NCBI GenBank assembly: GCA_038087875.1
Contig: JAXLNO010000396.1
Location: forward strand, 62,001-126,000
Length of the DNA stretch: 64,000 nt
Direction: 5' to 3'
DNA from: Malacoraja senta
Lineage: Eukaryota
Shown: positions 42,393 to 56,584 of the stretch, piece by piece
Layout of the letters: each line of letters starts with the position of its first letter
How positions within the stretch are numbered: position 1 is the stretch's first letter
Position numbers and translations under genes: made by a program
The notes under the pieces: generated by a model
What the model saw: only the letters and a program-made list of their open reading frames with translations
Databases searched by the model: none
What the model was told of the DNA's origin: nothing

Positions 42393-43063
42393 TAATTGTT
42401 ATATGGTTATATGGTTATTTGCATTTTTAAAGCAAACCATTTACATTTTCAAACGAAACATTTTTCATTTTCAAAGCAAACCTGTAGCATATTCAAAGAA
42501 AACCTTTTGCATTTTCAAAGCGAACCACCATTTGCATTTACAAAGCAAATCACCATTTGCATTTTCAAAGCAAAACACCTTTTGGATTTTCAAAGCAAAC
42601 CGCCCTTTGCATTTACAAAACAAACCACCTTTTGCATTTTCAAAGCAAATAAAACCTTTTGCATTTTCAAAGCAAACCACCTTTTGCATTTTCAAAGGAA
42701 ACCACCATTAGCATTTTTAAAGTAAAACATCATTTGCATTTTCAAAGCAAACCATTTGCATTTTCAAACCAAACCTTTTGCATTTTCAAAGCAATCCTTT
42801 TGCATTTTCAAAGAAAACCTTTTGCATTTTCAAAGCAAACCAACATTTGCATTTTTTCAAAGCAAATCATCATTTGCATTTTCAAAACAAACCATTTGCA
42901 TTTTCAAAGAAAAGCTTTTGCATTTTCAAAGAAAATTATTTGCATTTTCAAAGCAAACCACATTTTGCATTTTCAAAGCAAACCACCTTTTACATTTTCG
43001 AAGCAAACCACCTTTTGAATTTTCAAAGCAAACCACCGTTTGCATTTTCAAACGCAACATGCT

Positions 43064-44236
43064 TTTGCATTTTCATAGCAAACCTTCATTTGCATTTTCA
43101 AAGCATACTAACTTTTGCATTTTCAAAGCAAACCTTTTGCATTTTCAAAGCAAACCATTTGCATTTTCAAACGAAACATTTAGCATTTTCAAAGCAAACC
43201 TTTTGCATTTTCAAAGCAAACCACCATTTGCATTTACAAAGCTAACCACCATTTGCATTTTCAAACCAAACCACCATTTTAATTTTCAAACCAAACCACC
43301 ATTAGCATTTTCAATCCAATCCTTTTGCATTTTCAAAACAAACCACCATTTGCGTTTACAAGGCAAACCATCATTTGCATTTTCATAGCAAAACACTTTT
43401 TGCATTTTCGAACCAAACCGCCTTTTGCATTTTCAAAGCAAATCACTTTTTGCATTTGCAAAGCAAACCACCTTTTGCCTTTTCAAAGCAAACCACCTTT
43501 TGCATTTAGAAAGCAATCCATCCTTTGCATTTTCAAATCAAACCACCTTTTGCATTTTCAACGCAAACATTTTGCATTTTCAAACCAAACTAACTTTTGC
43601 ATTTTCTAAGCAAATGTTTTGCATTTTCAAAGGATACCTTTTGCATTTTCAAACCAAACCTCCTTTTCCATTTTCAAACCAAACGACCATTTGCGTTTTA
43701 AAACAAAACCACCATTTGCATTTTCAAACTCAACCACCTTTGCATTTTCATAGCAAACCTTCATTTGCATTTTCAAAGCATACTAACTTTTGCATTTTCA
43801 AAGCAAACCTTTTGCATTTTCAAAGCAAACCATTTGCATTTTCAAACGAAACATTTAGCATTTTCAAAGCAAACCTTTTGCATTTTCAAAGCAAACCACC
43901 ATTTGCATTTACAAAGCTAACCACCATTTGCATTTTCAAACCAAACCACCATTTTAATTTTCAAACCAAACCACCATTAGCATTTTCAATCCAATCCTTT
44001 TGCATTTTCAAAGCAAACCACCATTTGCGTTTACAAGGCAAACCATCATTTGCATTTTCATAGCAAAACACTTTTTGCATTTTCGAACCAAACCGCCTTT
44101 TGCATTTTCAAAGCAAATCACTTTTTGCATTTGCAAAGCAAACCACCTTTTGCCTTTTCAAAGCAAACCACCTTTTGCATTTAGAAAGCAATCCATCCTT
44201 TGCATTTTCAAATCAAACCACCTTTTGCATTTTCAA
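43064..44236 (+). repeat. Tandem duplication, 675-bp period (~1.7 copies)
   Basis: ORF-track recurrences 43325/44000 and 43425/44100; rare variants GCGTTTACAAGGC and ATTTAGAAAGC recur. Confidence 0.85.
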
Positions 44237-46878
44237 AGGAAACCACCATTGCATTTTCAAAGCAAACCAGAATTTGCATTTTCAAAGCAAACCAATGCAT
44301 TTTCAAATCAAACCTTTCGCATTTTCAAAGAAAATCGTTGCAATTTCAAAGCAAACCTTTTGCATTTTCAAAGAAAACCTTTTGCATTTTCAAACCAAAC
44401 CACCATTTGCAATTTCAAACCAAACCACCATTTGCATTTTCAAAACAAACCATCATTTGCATTTTCAAAGCAAACCATTTGCATTTTCAAACGAAGTCTT
44501 TTGCATTTTCAAAGCAAACATTTTGCATTTTCAAAGAAAACCTTTTGCATTTTCAAAGCAAACCATCATTTCCATTTACAAAGCAAACCACCATTTGCAT
44601 TTTCAAAGAAAACCAACTTTTTTTAATTTTCAAAGCAAACAACATTTTGCATTTTCAAAGCAAACCGACTTTTGCATTTTCAATGCAAACCACCATTTGC
44701 ATTTTCAAAGCAAACCACATTTTGCATTTTCAAAGCAAACGAACTTTTTGGCATTTTCAAAGCAAACCATCTTTTGCATTTTCAAAGAAAACCCCTTTTT
44801 GCATTTTCAAACAAACCTTTTGCATTTTCAAACAAAACCTCCTTTAGCATTTTCAAACCAAACCACCTTTAGCTTTTTCAAACCAAACAACCATTTGCAT
44901 TTTGAAACCAAACCACCATATTCATTTTCAAACCAAACCACCATTAGCATTTTCAATCCAATCCTTTTGCATTTTCAAACCAAACTAACATTTGCATTTT
45001 AAAACCAAACCACCATTTGCATTTTCAAAGCAAACCATTTGCATTTTATAAAGAAACCTTTTGCATTTTCAAAGCAAACCGTCTTTTGCATTTTTAAAAC
45101 AAACTGACTTTTGCATTTTCAAAGCAAACCATCTTTTGCATATTCTACGCAAACCTTTTTGCATTTTCAAAGCAAACCACCTTTTCCACATGTCAAGCAA
45201 ACCACCGTTTACATTTTCAAAGCAAACCAACTTTTGCATTTACAACGCAGTCCACCTTTTGCATTTTCAAACCAAACCACCTTTTGCAATTTCAAAGCAA
45301 ACCACATTTTGCATTTTCAAAGCAAACCATCATTTGCATTTTCAAAGCAAATCATTTGCATTTTCAAAGAAAATCTTTTGCATTTTCAAAGCAAACCTTT
45401 TGCAAATTCAAGGCAAACCACCTTTTATATTTCCAAAGTAAACCACCATTTGCATTTTCAAAGCAAACAACCTTCTGCATTTTCAAAGCAAACGAGCTTT
45501 TGCATTTTCAAAGCAAACCATCTATTGCATTTTCAAAGCAAAGCACCTTTTGCATTTTCAAACCAAACCACCTTTTGCAATTTCAAAGCAAACCACATTT
45601 TGCATTTTCAAATCAGACCACCTTTTGCATTTTCAAAGTAAACCACCATTTTGATTTTCAAAGCAAACCATCATTTGCATTTTCAAAGCAAATCATTTGC
45701 ATTTTCAAAGAAAATCTTTTGCATTTTCAAAGCAAACCAACATTTGCATTTTCAAAGCAAACAACCTTTTGCATTTTCAAAGCAAACCACCTTTTGCAAT
45801 TTCAAAGCAAACCACCTTTTATATTTTCAAAGTAAACCACCATTTGCATTTACAAAGCAATCCACCTTTTGCATTTTCAAAGCAAACCATCTTTTGCAAT
45901 TTCAAAGCAAACCACCTTTTATATTTTCAAAGTAAACCACCATTTGCATTTTCAAAGCAAACCATCAATTCCATTTCCAAAGCAAACCTTTTGCATTATG
46001 AAAGAAAACATTTTGCATTTTCAAAGCAAACCACGTTTTTCATTTTCAAAGCAAACCACATTTTGCATTTTCAAAGGAAACAATCTTTTGCATTTTCAAA
46101 TCAAATGAGCTTTTGCATTTTCAAAGCAAACCATCTATTGCATTTTCAAAGCAAACCACCTTTAGTATTTTCAAAGCAAACCACCTTTTGCATTTTCAAA
46201 GTAAACCACCTTTTGCATTTTCAAAGCAAACATTTTGCATTTTCAAAGCAATCCACCTTTTGCATTTCCAAACCAAACCACCATTTGCATTTTGAAACCA
46301 AACCACCATTTGCATTTTCAAACCAAACCACAATTTGCATTTTCAAACCAAACCACCATTAGCATTTTCAATCCAATCGTTTTGCATTTTCAAACCAAAC
46401 CATCAATTGCATCTTCAAACCAAACCACCATTTGCATATTCAAAACAAACCATCATTAGCATTTTCAAAGCAAACTATTTGCATTTTCAAACGAAACCTT
46501 TTGTATTTTCAAAGCAAACCACCATTTGCTATTAAAAGCAAAGCACCCTTTGCGTTTTCAAAGCAAACCACCTTTTGCATTTTCAAAGCAAACGGCCATT
46601 TGCATTTTCAAAGCAAACCGACTTTTGCAATTTCAAAGCAAACAATCATTTGCATTTCGAAAGCAAAACATTTGCATTTTTTCAAACCAAACCATTTGCA
46701 TTTTCAAACCAAATCTTTTGCATTTTCAAAGCAACCTTTTTGCATTTTCAAGGCAAACCACCATTTGCATTTTCAAAGGAAACCACTTTTTACATCTTCA
46801 AAGCAAACCTTTTGCATTTTCAAACCAAACCATGTTTTGCATTTCCAAACCAAACATCCATTTGCATTTTGAAACTAT

Positions 46879-46956
46879 CCCTAACCCTAACATTAACCCT
46901 AACCCTAACCCTAATCCTAACCCTAAACCTAACACTAACCCAAATCCTAACCCTAA
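46879..46956 (-). repeat. Interstitial telomeric tract, class A
   Basis: Flanks GAAACTAT and TCCATTATC; variant order resembles 9662-9763. Confidence 0.95.
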
Positions 46957-47290
46957 TCCATTATCATAGCAAACCACGTTTTGCATTTTCAAAGAAAACC
47001 TTTTTGCATTTTCAAAGCAAACCACATTTTGCCTTTTCAAAGGAAACCACCTTTTGCATTTACAAAGCAATCCACCTTTTGAATTTTCAAAGCAAACCAC
47101 CTTTTGCAATTTTAAAGCAAACCACCTTTTGCATTTTCAAAGGAAACCACTTTTTACATTTTCAAAGCAAACCGTTTGCATTTTCAAAGCATAACTTTTG
47201 CATTTTCAAAACAAACCTCCTTTTTGATTTTCAAACCAAACCACCATTTGCGTTTTCAAACCAAACCACTATTTGCATTTTCAAACCAAA

Positions 47291-48837
47291 CCACCATTTG
47301 CATTTTCAAACCAATCCACCATTTGCATTTTCAAAGCAAACCACCTGCATTTTCAAAGCAAACCTTTTGCATTTTCAAACCAAACCACGTTTTGCATTTC
47401 CAAACCAAACATCCATTTGCATTTTCAAACTAAACCACCTTTTGAATTTTCAAAGCAAGCCTTTTGCATTGTCAAACCAAACCTCCTTCTGCATTTTCAA
47501 ACCAATCCACCATTAGCATTTTCAATCCAATCCTTTTGCATTTTCAAAGCAAACCACCATTTGCATTTTCAAACCTACCACCTGTAGCATTTACAAAGCA
47601 AACCTTTTGCATTTACAAAGCAAACATTTTGCATTTTCAAAGAAATTCTTTTGCATTTTCAAAGCAAACGAACATTTGCATTTTCAAAGCAAACGAACAT
47701 TTGCATTTTCAAAGCAAATCACCTTTTGCATTTTCAAAGCAAACCACCTTCTGCATTTTCAAAGCTAACCACCGTTTGCATTGTCAAAACAATCCACATT
47801 TTGTATTTTCAAAGCAAACCACGTTTTGCAATTTCAAAGCAAACTACCTTTTGCATGTTCAAAGGAACCCACCATTTGCATTTTTAAAGTAAAACATCAT
47901 TTGCATTTTCAAAGCAAACCATTTGCATTTTCAATCCAAACCTTTTGCTTTTTCAAAGAAAATCGTTTGCATTTTGAAAGCAAACCTTATGCATTTTCAA
48001 AGAAAACCTTTTGCATTTTCAAAGCAAACCAACATTTGCATTTTCAAAGCAAGCCACCATTTGCATTTTCAAACCAATCCACCATTTGCATTTTCAAAGC
48101 AAACCACCTGCATTTTCAAAGCAAACCTTTTGCATTTTCAAACCAAACCACGTTTTGCATTTCCAAACCAAACATCCATTTGCATTTTCAAACTAAACCA
48201 CCTTTTGCATTTTCAAAGCAAGCCTTTTGCATTGTCAAACCAAACCTCCTTCTGCATTTTCAAACCAATCCACTATTAGCATTTTCAATCCAATCCTTTT
48301 GCATTTTCAAAGCAAACCACCATTTGCATTTTCAAACCAAACCACATGTAGCATTTACAAAGCAAACCTTTTGCATTTACAAAGCAATCCTTTTGCATTT
48401 TCAAAGAAATTCTTTTGCATTTTCAAAGCAAACGAACATTTGCATTTTCAAAGCAAACGAACATTTGCATTTTCAAAGCAAATCACCTTTTGCATTTTCA
48501 AAGCAAACCACCTTCTGCATTTTCAAAGCTAACCACCGTTTGCATTGTCAAAACAATCCACATTTCGTATTTTCAAAGCAAACCACGTTTTGCAATTTCA
48601 AAGCAAACTACCTTTTGCATGTTCAAAGGAACCCACCATTTGCATTTTTAAAGTAAAACATCATTTGCATTTTCAAAGCAAACCATTTGCATTTTCAATC
48701 CAAACCTTTTGCTTTTTCAAAGAAAATCGTTTGCATTTTGAAAGCAAACCTTATGCATTTTCAAAGAAAACCTGTTGCATTTTCAAAGCAAACCAACATT
48801 TGCATTTTCAAAGCAAGCCACCATTTGCATTTTCAAA
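47291..48837 (+). repeat. Tandem duplication, ~764-bp period
   Basis: ORF-track recurrences 47651/48415, 47781/48545, 47464/48227. Confidence 0.85.
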
Positions 48838-51800
48838 GCAATTAACCTTTTTGCATTTTCAAAGCATACCACCTGCTGCATTTTCAAAGCAAACCAGCTT
48901 TTGCATTTTCAAAACAAACCTCGTTTTGCATTTTCAAAGGAAACCACCTTTTGCATTTTCAAAGCAATCCAACTTTTGCATTTTCAAAGCAAACCACCTT
49001 TTGCATTTGCAAAGTAAACCACCTATTGCATTTTCAAATCAAACCATCTTTTGCAATTTCAAAGCAAACCACCTTTTCCATTTTCAAAGGAAACCACTTT
49101 TTAAATTTTCAAAGCAAACCGTTTGCATTTTCAAAGCATAACTTTTGCATTTTCAAACCAAACCTCCTTTTCCATTTTCAAACCAAACTACCATTTGTGT
49201 TTTCAAACCAAACCACCATTTTCCTTTTCAAAGCAAACCTCCTTTTGCAATTTCAAAGCAAATCTTTTGCAATTTCAAACCAAACCACGTTTTGCATTTC
49301 CAACCCAAACAACCATTTGCATTTTCAACGAAAACCACCTTTTGCATTTTAATAGTCAACCACGTATTGCATTTTCAAAGCAAACCTTTTGCATTTTCAA
49401 TCCAAAACTCCTTTTGCATTTTCAAACCAAACCTCCTTTTGCATTTTCAAACCAAACCACCTTTTGCTTTTTTAAACCAAACATCCATTTGCATTTTCAA
49501 AGCAAACCACCTTTTGCATTTACAAAGCAATCCGCCTTTTGCATTTTCAATGCAAAGCACCTTTTGCATTTTCTAAACCACCGTTTGCATTTTCAAAGCA
49601 AACCACCTTTTGCATTTACAAAGCAATCCGCCTTTTGCATTTTCAAAGCAATCCACCTTTTACAATTTCAAAGCAAACCACTTTTTGATTTTCAAACCAA
49701 ACCTCCTTTTGCATTTTCAAAGCAAACTACCTTTTCCATTTTCAAACCTAACCACATTTTGCATTTCCAAACCACACCGCAGTTTGCATTTTCAAACCAA
49801 ACAAACATTTGCATTTTCAAACCAAACATCTTTTTCATTTTCAAACCAAACCTACATTTGCATTTTCAAACTAAACCTCCTTTTGCATTTTCAAAGCAAA
49901 ACATCCTTTTGCATTTTCAAACCAAACCTTTGCATGTTCAAAGCAAACATTTAGCATTTTCAAAGCAAATCTTTTGCATTTTCATAACAAAGATCATTTT
50001 GCATTTTCAAAGCAAACCACCTTTTGCAATTTCAAAGCAAATATTTTGCATTTTCAAAGCAAACCTTTTGCATTTGAAACCAATCCACATTTTGCATTTC
50101 CAAACCAAACCACCATTTGCATTTTCACACCAAACAACATTTTGCATTTTCAAAGGAAACCACTTTTTTCATTTTCAAAGCAAACCTTTTTGCATTTTCA
50201 AACCAAACCACGTTTTGCATTTCCAAACCAAACATCGATTTGCATTTTCAATCTAAACCACCTTTTGCATTTTCATAGCAAACCACTTTTTGCATTTTCA
50301 AATAAATGTTTTGAATTTTCAAACCAAACCTTTTGCATTTTCAAACCAAACCTCCTTCTGCATTTTCAAACCAAACCACCATTGTTATTCAAACATAACA
50401 AACAATTGCAATTTCAATCCAAACCACCATTTGCATTTTCAAACCAAACCACCTGTAGCATTTACAAAGCAATCCTTTTGCATTTACAAAGCAAATCTTT
50501 TGCATTTATAAAGAAAATCTTTTGCATTTTCAAAGCAAACCAACATTTGCATTTTCAAAGCAAACAACCTTTTGCATTTACAAAGCAATCCGCCTTTTGC
50601 AATTTCAAAGCAATCCACCTTTTACAATTTCAAAGCAAACCACTTTTTGATTTTCAAACCAAACCTCCTTTTGCATTTTCAAAGCAAACTACCTTTTCCA
50701 TTTTCAAACCTAACCACATTTTGCATTTACAAACCACAGCGCCATTTGCATTTTTAAACCAAACAACCATTTGCATTTTCAAACCAAACCATCTTTTTCA
50801 TTTTGAAACCAAACCTACATTTGCATTTTCAAACCAAACCTCCTTTTGCATTTTCAAAGCAAAACCTCCTTTTGCATTTTCAAACCAAACCTTTGCATGT
50901 TCAAAGCAAACATTTAGCATTTTCAAAGCAAATCTTTAGCATTTTCATAACAAACTTCATTTTCCATTTTCATAGCAAACCACCTTTTGCATATTCAAAG
51001 CAAACCACCTTTTGCATTTTCAAAGCAAACATTTTGCATTTTCAAAGCAAACCTTTTGCATTTGAAACCAATCCACATTTTGCATTTCCAAACCAAACCA
51101 CCATTTGCATTTTCACACCAAACCACATTTTGCATTTTCAAAGGAACCCACTTTTTACATTTTCAAAGCTAACCTTTTGCATTTTCAAACCAAACCACGT
51201 TTTGCATTTCCAAACCAAACATCGATTTGCATTTTAAAACTAAACCACCTTTTGCATTTTCATAGCAAACCACTTTTTGCATTTTCAAATAAATCTTTTG
51301 AATTTTCAAAGCCAACCTTTTGCATTTTCAAACCAAACCTCCTTCTGCATTTTCAAACCAAACCACCATTGTTTTTTCAAACATAACAACCAATTGCAAT
51401 TTCAATCCAAACCACCATTTGCATTTTCAAACCAATCCAGCATTAGCATTTTCAATCCAATCCGTTTGCATTTTCAAACCAAACCACCATTTGCATTTTT
51501 AAACCAAACCACCTGTAGCATTTACAAAGCAATCCTTTTGCATTTACAAAGCAAATCTTTTGCATTTATAAAGAAAATCTTTTCCATTTTCAAACCTAGC
51601 CACATTTTGCATTTCCAAACCACACCGCCATTTGCATTTTTAAACCAAACAACCATTTGCATTTTCAAACCAAACCATCTTTTTCATTTTGAAACCAAAC
51701 CTACATTTGCATTTTCAAAACAAACATCCTTTTGCATTTTCAAAGCAAAACCTCCTTTTGCATTTTCAAACCAAACCTTTGCATGTTCAAAGCAAATATT

Positions 51801-52010
51801 TAGCATTTTCAAAGCAAACCTTTTGCATTTGAAACCAATCCACATTTTGCATTTCCAAACCAAACCACCATTTGCATTTCCACACCAAACCACATTTTGC
51901 ATTTTCAAAGGAACCCACTTTTTACATTTTCAAAGCAAACCTTTTGCATTTTCAAACCAAACCATGTTTTGTATTTCCAAACCAAACATCCATTTGCATT
52001 TTGAAACTAT

Positions 52011-52100
52011 CCCTAACCCTAACCCTAAGCCTAAGCCTAACCCTAACCCTAACCCTAACCCTAACCTTAACACTAACACTAACCCAATCCCTAACCCTAA
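52011..52100 (-). repeat. Interstitial telomeric tract, class A
   Basis: (CCCTAA)n with two GCCTAA units; flanks GAAACTAT and TGCATTATCATAGC. Confidence 0.95.
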
Positions 52101-54497
52101 TGCATTATCATAGCAAACCACCTTTTGCATTTTCAAAGCAAACCATTTTGCATTTTCAAAGCAAACCACATTTTGCCTTTTCAAAGCAAACCATCTTTTG
52201 CATTTTCAAAGTAAACCAATTTTTGCATTTTCAAAGCAAACCGTTTGCATTTTCAAAGCATAACGTTTGCTTTTTCAAAACAAACCTCCTTTTTGATTTT
52301 CAAACCAAGCCACCATTTGCGTTTTCAAAGCAAACCACCATTTGCATTTTCAAACCAAACCACCATTTTCACTTTGAAACCAAACCACCATTTTCATTTT
52401 CAAAGCAAACCACCTGCATTTTCAAAGCAAACCTTTTGCATTTTCAAACCAAACCACGTTTTGCATTTCCAAACCAAACATCGATTTGCATTTTCAAACT
52501 AAACCACCTTTTGCATTTTCATAGCAAACCACTTTTTGCATTTTCAAATAAATCTTTTGAATTTTCAAAGCAAACATTTTGCATTTTCAAACCAAACCTC
52601 CTTCTGCATTTTCAAACCAAACCACCATTGTTTTTTCAAACATAACAACCAATTGCAATTTCAATCCAAACCACCATTTGCATTTTCAAGCCAATCCACC
52701 ATTAGCATTTTCAATCCAATCCGTTTGCATTTTCAAACCAAACCACCATTTACATTTTTAAACCAAACCACCTGTAGCATTTACAAAGCAATCCTTTTGC
52801 ATTTACAAAGCAAATCTTTTGCATTTTTAAAGAAAATCTTTTGCATTTTCAAAGCAAACCAACATTTGCATTTTAAAAGCAAACAACCTTTTGCATTTAC
52901 AAAGCAATCCGCCTTTTGCATTTTCAAAGCAATCCACCTTTTACAATTTCAAAGCAAACCACTTTTTGATTTTCAAACCAAACCTCCTTTTGCATTTTCA
53001 AAGCAAACTACCTTTTCCTTTTTCAAACCTAACCACATTTTGCATTTCCAAACCACACCGCCATTTGCATTTTTAAACCAAACAACCATTTGCATTTTCA
53101 AACCAAACCATCTTTTTCATTTTGAAACCAAACCTACATTTGCATTTTCAAACCAAACCTCCTTTTGCATTTTCAAAGCAAAACCTCCTTTTGCATTTTC
53201 AAACGAAACCTTTGCATGTTCAAAGCAAACATTTAGCATTTTCAAAGCAAATCTTTTCCATTTTCATAACAAACATCATTTTGCATTTTCATAGCAAACC
53301 ACCTTTTGCATTTCCAAAGGAAACCACTTTTTACATTTTCAAAGCAAACCGTTTGCATTTTCAAAGCATAACTTTTGCATTTTCAAAACAAACCCCCTTT
53401 TTGATTTTCAAACCAAACCACCATTTGCGTTTTCAAACCAAACCACCATTTGCATTTTCAAACCAAAGCACCATTTGCATTTTCAAACCAAACCACCATT
53501 TGCATTTTCAAACGAAACCACCATTTGCATTTTCAAAGCAAACCACCTGCATTTTCAAAGCAAACCTTTTGCATTTTCAAACCAAACCGCGTTTTGCATT
53601 TCCAAACCAAACATCCATTTGCATTTTCAAACTAAACCACCTTTTGCATTTTCATAGCAAACCACTTTTTGCATTTTCAAATAAACCTTTTGAATTTTCA
53701 AAGCAAAACTTTTGCATTTTCAAACCAAACCTCCTTCTGCATTTTCAAACAAAACCACCATTTGCTGTTTCAAAAATAACAACCATTTGCAATTTCAATC
53801 CAAACCACCATTTGCATTTTCAATCCAATCCACCATTAGCATTTTTAATCCAATCCTTTTACATTTTCAAACCAAACCATCATTTGCATTTTCAAACCAA
53901 ACCACCTGTAGCATTTACAAAGCAAAACTTTTCCATTTACAAAGCAAACCTTTTGCATTTTCAAAGAAAATCTTTTGCATTTTCAAAGCAAACCAACATT
54001 TGCATTTTCAAAGCAAATCACCTTCTGCATTTTCAAAGCTAACCACCGTTTGCATTGTCAAAACAATCCACATTTTGTATTTTCAAAGCAAACCACCTTT
54101 TGCAATTTCAAAGCAAACCACCATTTGCAATTTCAAAGCAAACTACCTTTTGCATTTTCAAAGGAAACCACCATTTGCATTTTTAAGGTAAACCATCATT
54201 TGCATTTTCAAAGCAAACCATTTGCATTTTCAATCCAAATCTTTTGCATTTTCAAAGAAAACCGTTTGCATTTTGAAAGCAAACCTTTTGCATTTCCAAA
54301 GAAAACATTTTGCGTTTTCAAAGCAAACCAACATTTGCATTTTCAAAGCATGCCACCATTTGCATTTTCAAAGCAAATCACCTTTTGCATTTTCAAAGCA
54401 CACCACCTGCTGCATTTTCAAAGCAAACCACCTTTTGCATTTTCAAATCAAACCACCTTATGCATTTTCGAAGCAAACAACCTTTTGCATTTTCAGA

Positions 54498-54597
54498 CTA
54501 ACCCTAATCCTAACCCTAACCATAACCCTAACCCTAACACTAACACTAACCCTAAACCTAACCTTAAACCTAACCCTAACCCTTACCCTAAGTCTAA
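54498..54597 (-). repeat. Interstitial telomeric tract, class B
   Basis: Starts CTAACCCTAATCCTAACCCTAACCATAA, as at 20506. Confidence 0.95.
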
Positions 54598-54928
54598 TGC
54601 ATTATCATAGCAAACCACTTTTTGCATTTTCAAAGCAAAACTTTTTGCATTTTCAAAGCAAACCACCTTTTGCATTTCAAACCAAACCCCAATTTGAATT
54701 TTCAAACCAAACCACCAATTGCATTTTCAAGCCAAACCGCCATTCGCAATTTCAAACAAAACCACCATTTGCATTTTCAAACCAAATCACCATTTGCATT
54801 TTCAAACCAAACCACCATTTGTATTTTCAAAGCAACCCACCTTCTGCATTTTCAAAGGAAATCTTTTGCATATTCAAACCAAACCACGTTTTGCATTTCC
54901 AAACCAAATATCCATTTGCATTTTCAAA

Positions 54929-54962
54929 CTAACACTAACCCTAACCCTAACCCTAACCCTAA
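54929..54962 (-). repeat. Interstitial telomeric tract, class C (short)
   Basis: CTAACACTAA(CCCTAA)4 followed by TGCATTATCATAGC. Confidence 0.93.
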
Positions 54963-55587
54963 TGCATTATCATAGCAAACCACTTTTTTGCATTTTCAAA
55001 GCAAACCTTTTTGCATTTTCAAAGCAAAACACCTTTTGCATTTACAACGCAATCCACCTTTTGCATTTTCAAAGCAAAACATCTTTTGAAATTTCAATGC
55101 AAACCACCTTTTGCATTTTCAAAGGAAACCACTTTATAACATTTTCAAAGCAAACCACCATTTGCGTTTTCATACCAAACCACCATTTGCATTTTCAAAC
55201 TAATCCACCATTTGCATTTTCAAAGCAAACCACCTGCAGTTTCAAAGCAAACCTTTTGCATTTTCAAACCAAACCACGTTTTGCATTTCCAAACCAAACA
55301 TCCATTTGCATTTTCAAACTAAACCACCTTTTGCATTTTCATAGCAAACCACTTTTTGAATTTTCAAAGTAAACCTTTTGCATTTTCAAAGCAAACCTTT
55401 TGCATTTGAAACAAATCCACATTTTGCATTTCCAAACCAAACCACCATTTGCATTTCCACACCAAACCACATTTTGCATTTTCAAAGGAACCCACTTTTT
55501 ACATTTTCAAAGCAAACCTTTCGCATTTTCAAACCAAACCATGTTTTGTATTTCCAAACCAAACATCCATTTGCACTTTGAAACTAT

Positions 55588-55641
55588 CCCTAAAGCTAAC
55601 ACTAAGCCTAACACTAACACTAACCCAAACCCTAACACTAA
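55588..55641 (-). repeat. Interstitial telomeric tract, class A, highly degenerate
   Basis: CCCTAA AGCTAA CACTAA GCCTAA CACTAA...; same flanks as the other class A tracts. Confidence 0.88.
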
Positions 55642-56524
55642 TGCATTATCATAGCAAACCACCTTTTGCATTTTCAAAGCAAACCATTTTGCATTTTCAA
55701 AGCAAACCACATTTTGCCTTTTCAAAGCAAATCATCTTTTGCATTTTCAAAGCAAACCAATTTTTGCATTTTCAAAGCAAACCGTTTACATTTTCAAAGC
55801 ATAACGTTTGCTTTTTCAAAACAAACCTCCTTTTTGATTTTCAAACCAAACCACCATTTGCGTTTTCAAACCAAACCACCATTTGCATTTTCAAACCAAA
55901 CCACCATTTTCACATTCAAACCAAACCACCATTTTCATTTTCAAAGCAAACCACCTGCATTTTCAAAGCAAACCTTTTGCATTTTCAAACCAAACCACGT
56001 TTTGCATTTCCAAACCAAACATCGATTTGCATTTTCAAATTAAACCACCTTTTGCATTTTCATAGCAAACCACTTTTTGCATTTTCAAATAAATCTTTTG
56101 AATTTTCAAAGCAAACCTTTTCCATTTTCAAACCAAACCTCCTTCTGCATTTTCAAACCAAACCACCATTGCTTTTTCAAACATAACAACCAATTGCAAT
56201 TTCAATTCAAACCACCATTTGCATTTTGAAACCAATCCACCATTAGCATTTTCAATCCAATCCGTTTACATTTTCAAACCAAACCAACATTTGCATTTTT
56301 AAACCAAACCACCTGTAGCATTTACAAAGCAATCCGTTTGCATTTACAAAGCAAATCTTTTGCATTTTCATAACAAATATCATTTTGCATTTTCATAGCA
56401 AACCACCTTTTGCATATTCAAAGCAAACCACCTTTTTACATTTTCAAAGCAAACCTTTTGCATTTACAAACCAAACCTTGTTTTGCATTTCCAAACCAAA
56501 CATCCATTTGCATTTTGAAACTAT

Positions 56525-56584
56525 CCCTAACCCTAACCCTAACCCTAACCCTAACCCTAACACTAACCCAAACCCTAACCCTAA
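56525..56584 (-). repeat. Interstitial telomeric tract, class A
   Basis: Flanks GAAACTAT and TGCATTATG. Confidence 0.95.

Larger units (their letters stand above)
39626..42417 (+). mobile_element. CR1-clade non-LTR retrotransposon, 5'-truncated, defective
   Basis: EN motifs ETW, GGGVA, YRPP, GDFN, LDL, SDH; RT motifs SPGPD, NYRPVSLTS, DFSEAFD, GVPQGSMLGP, YADD; CR1-typical C-terminus (LERRRLRGDLIEVFK, TRGH, WNELP). Short 3' UTR with an inverted repeat and an octamer tail (GTTATATG)x2.5 at 42398-42417. Confidence 0.95.

Noticed and set aside
10795..42417. Idea that the LINEs are telomere-specific retrotransposons (TRAS/SART or HeT-A-like)
   Set aside because: Neither is inserted in a telomeric tract; both junctions lie in ordinary SatA monomers and the proteins are L1- and CR1-clade.
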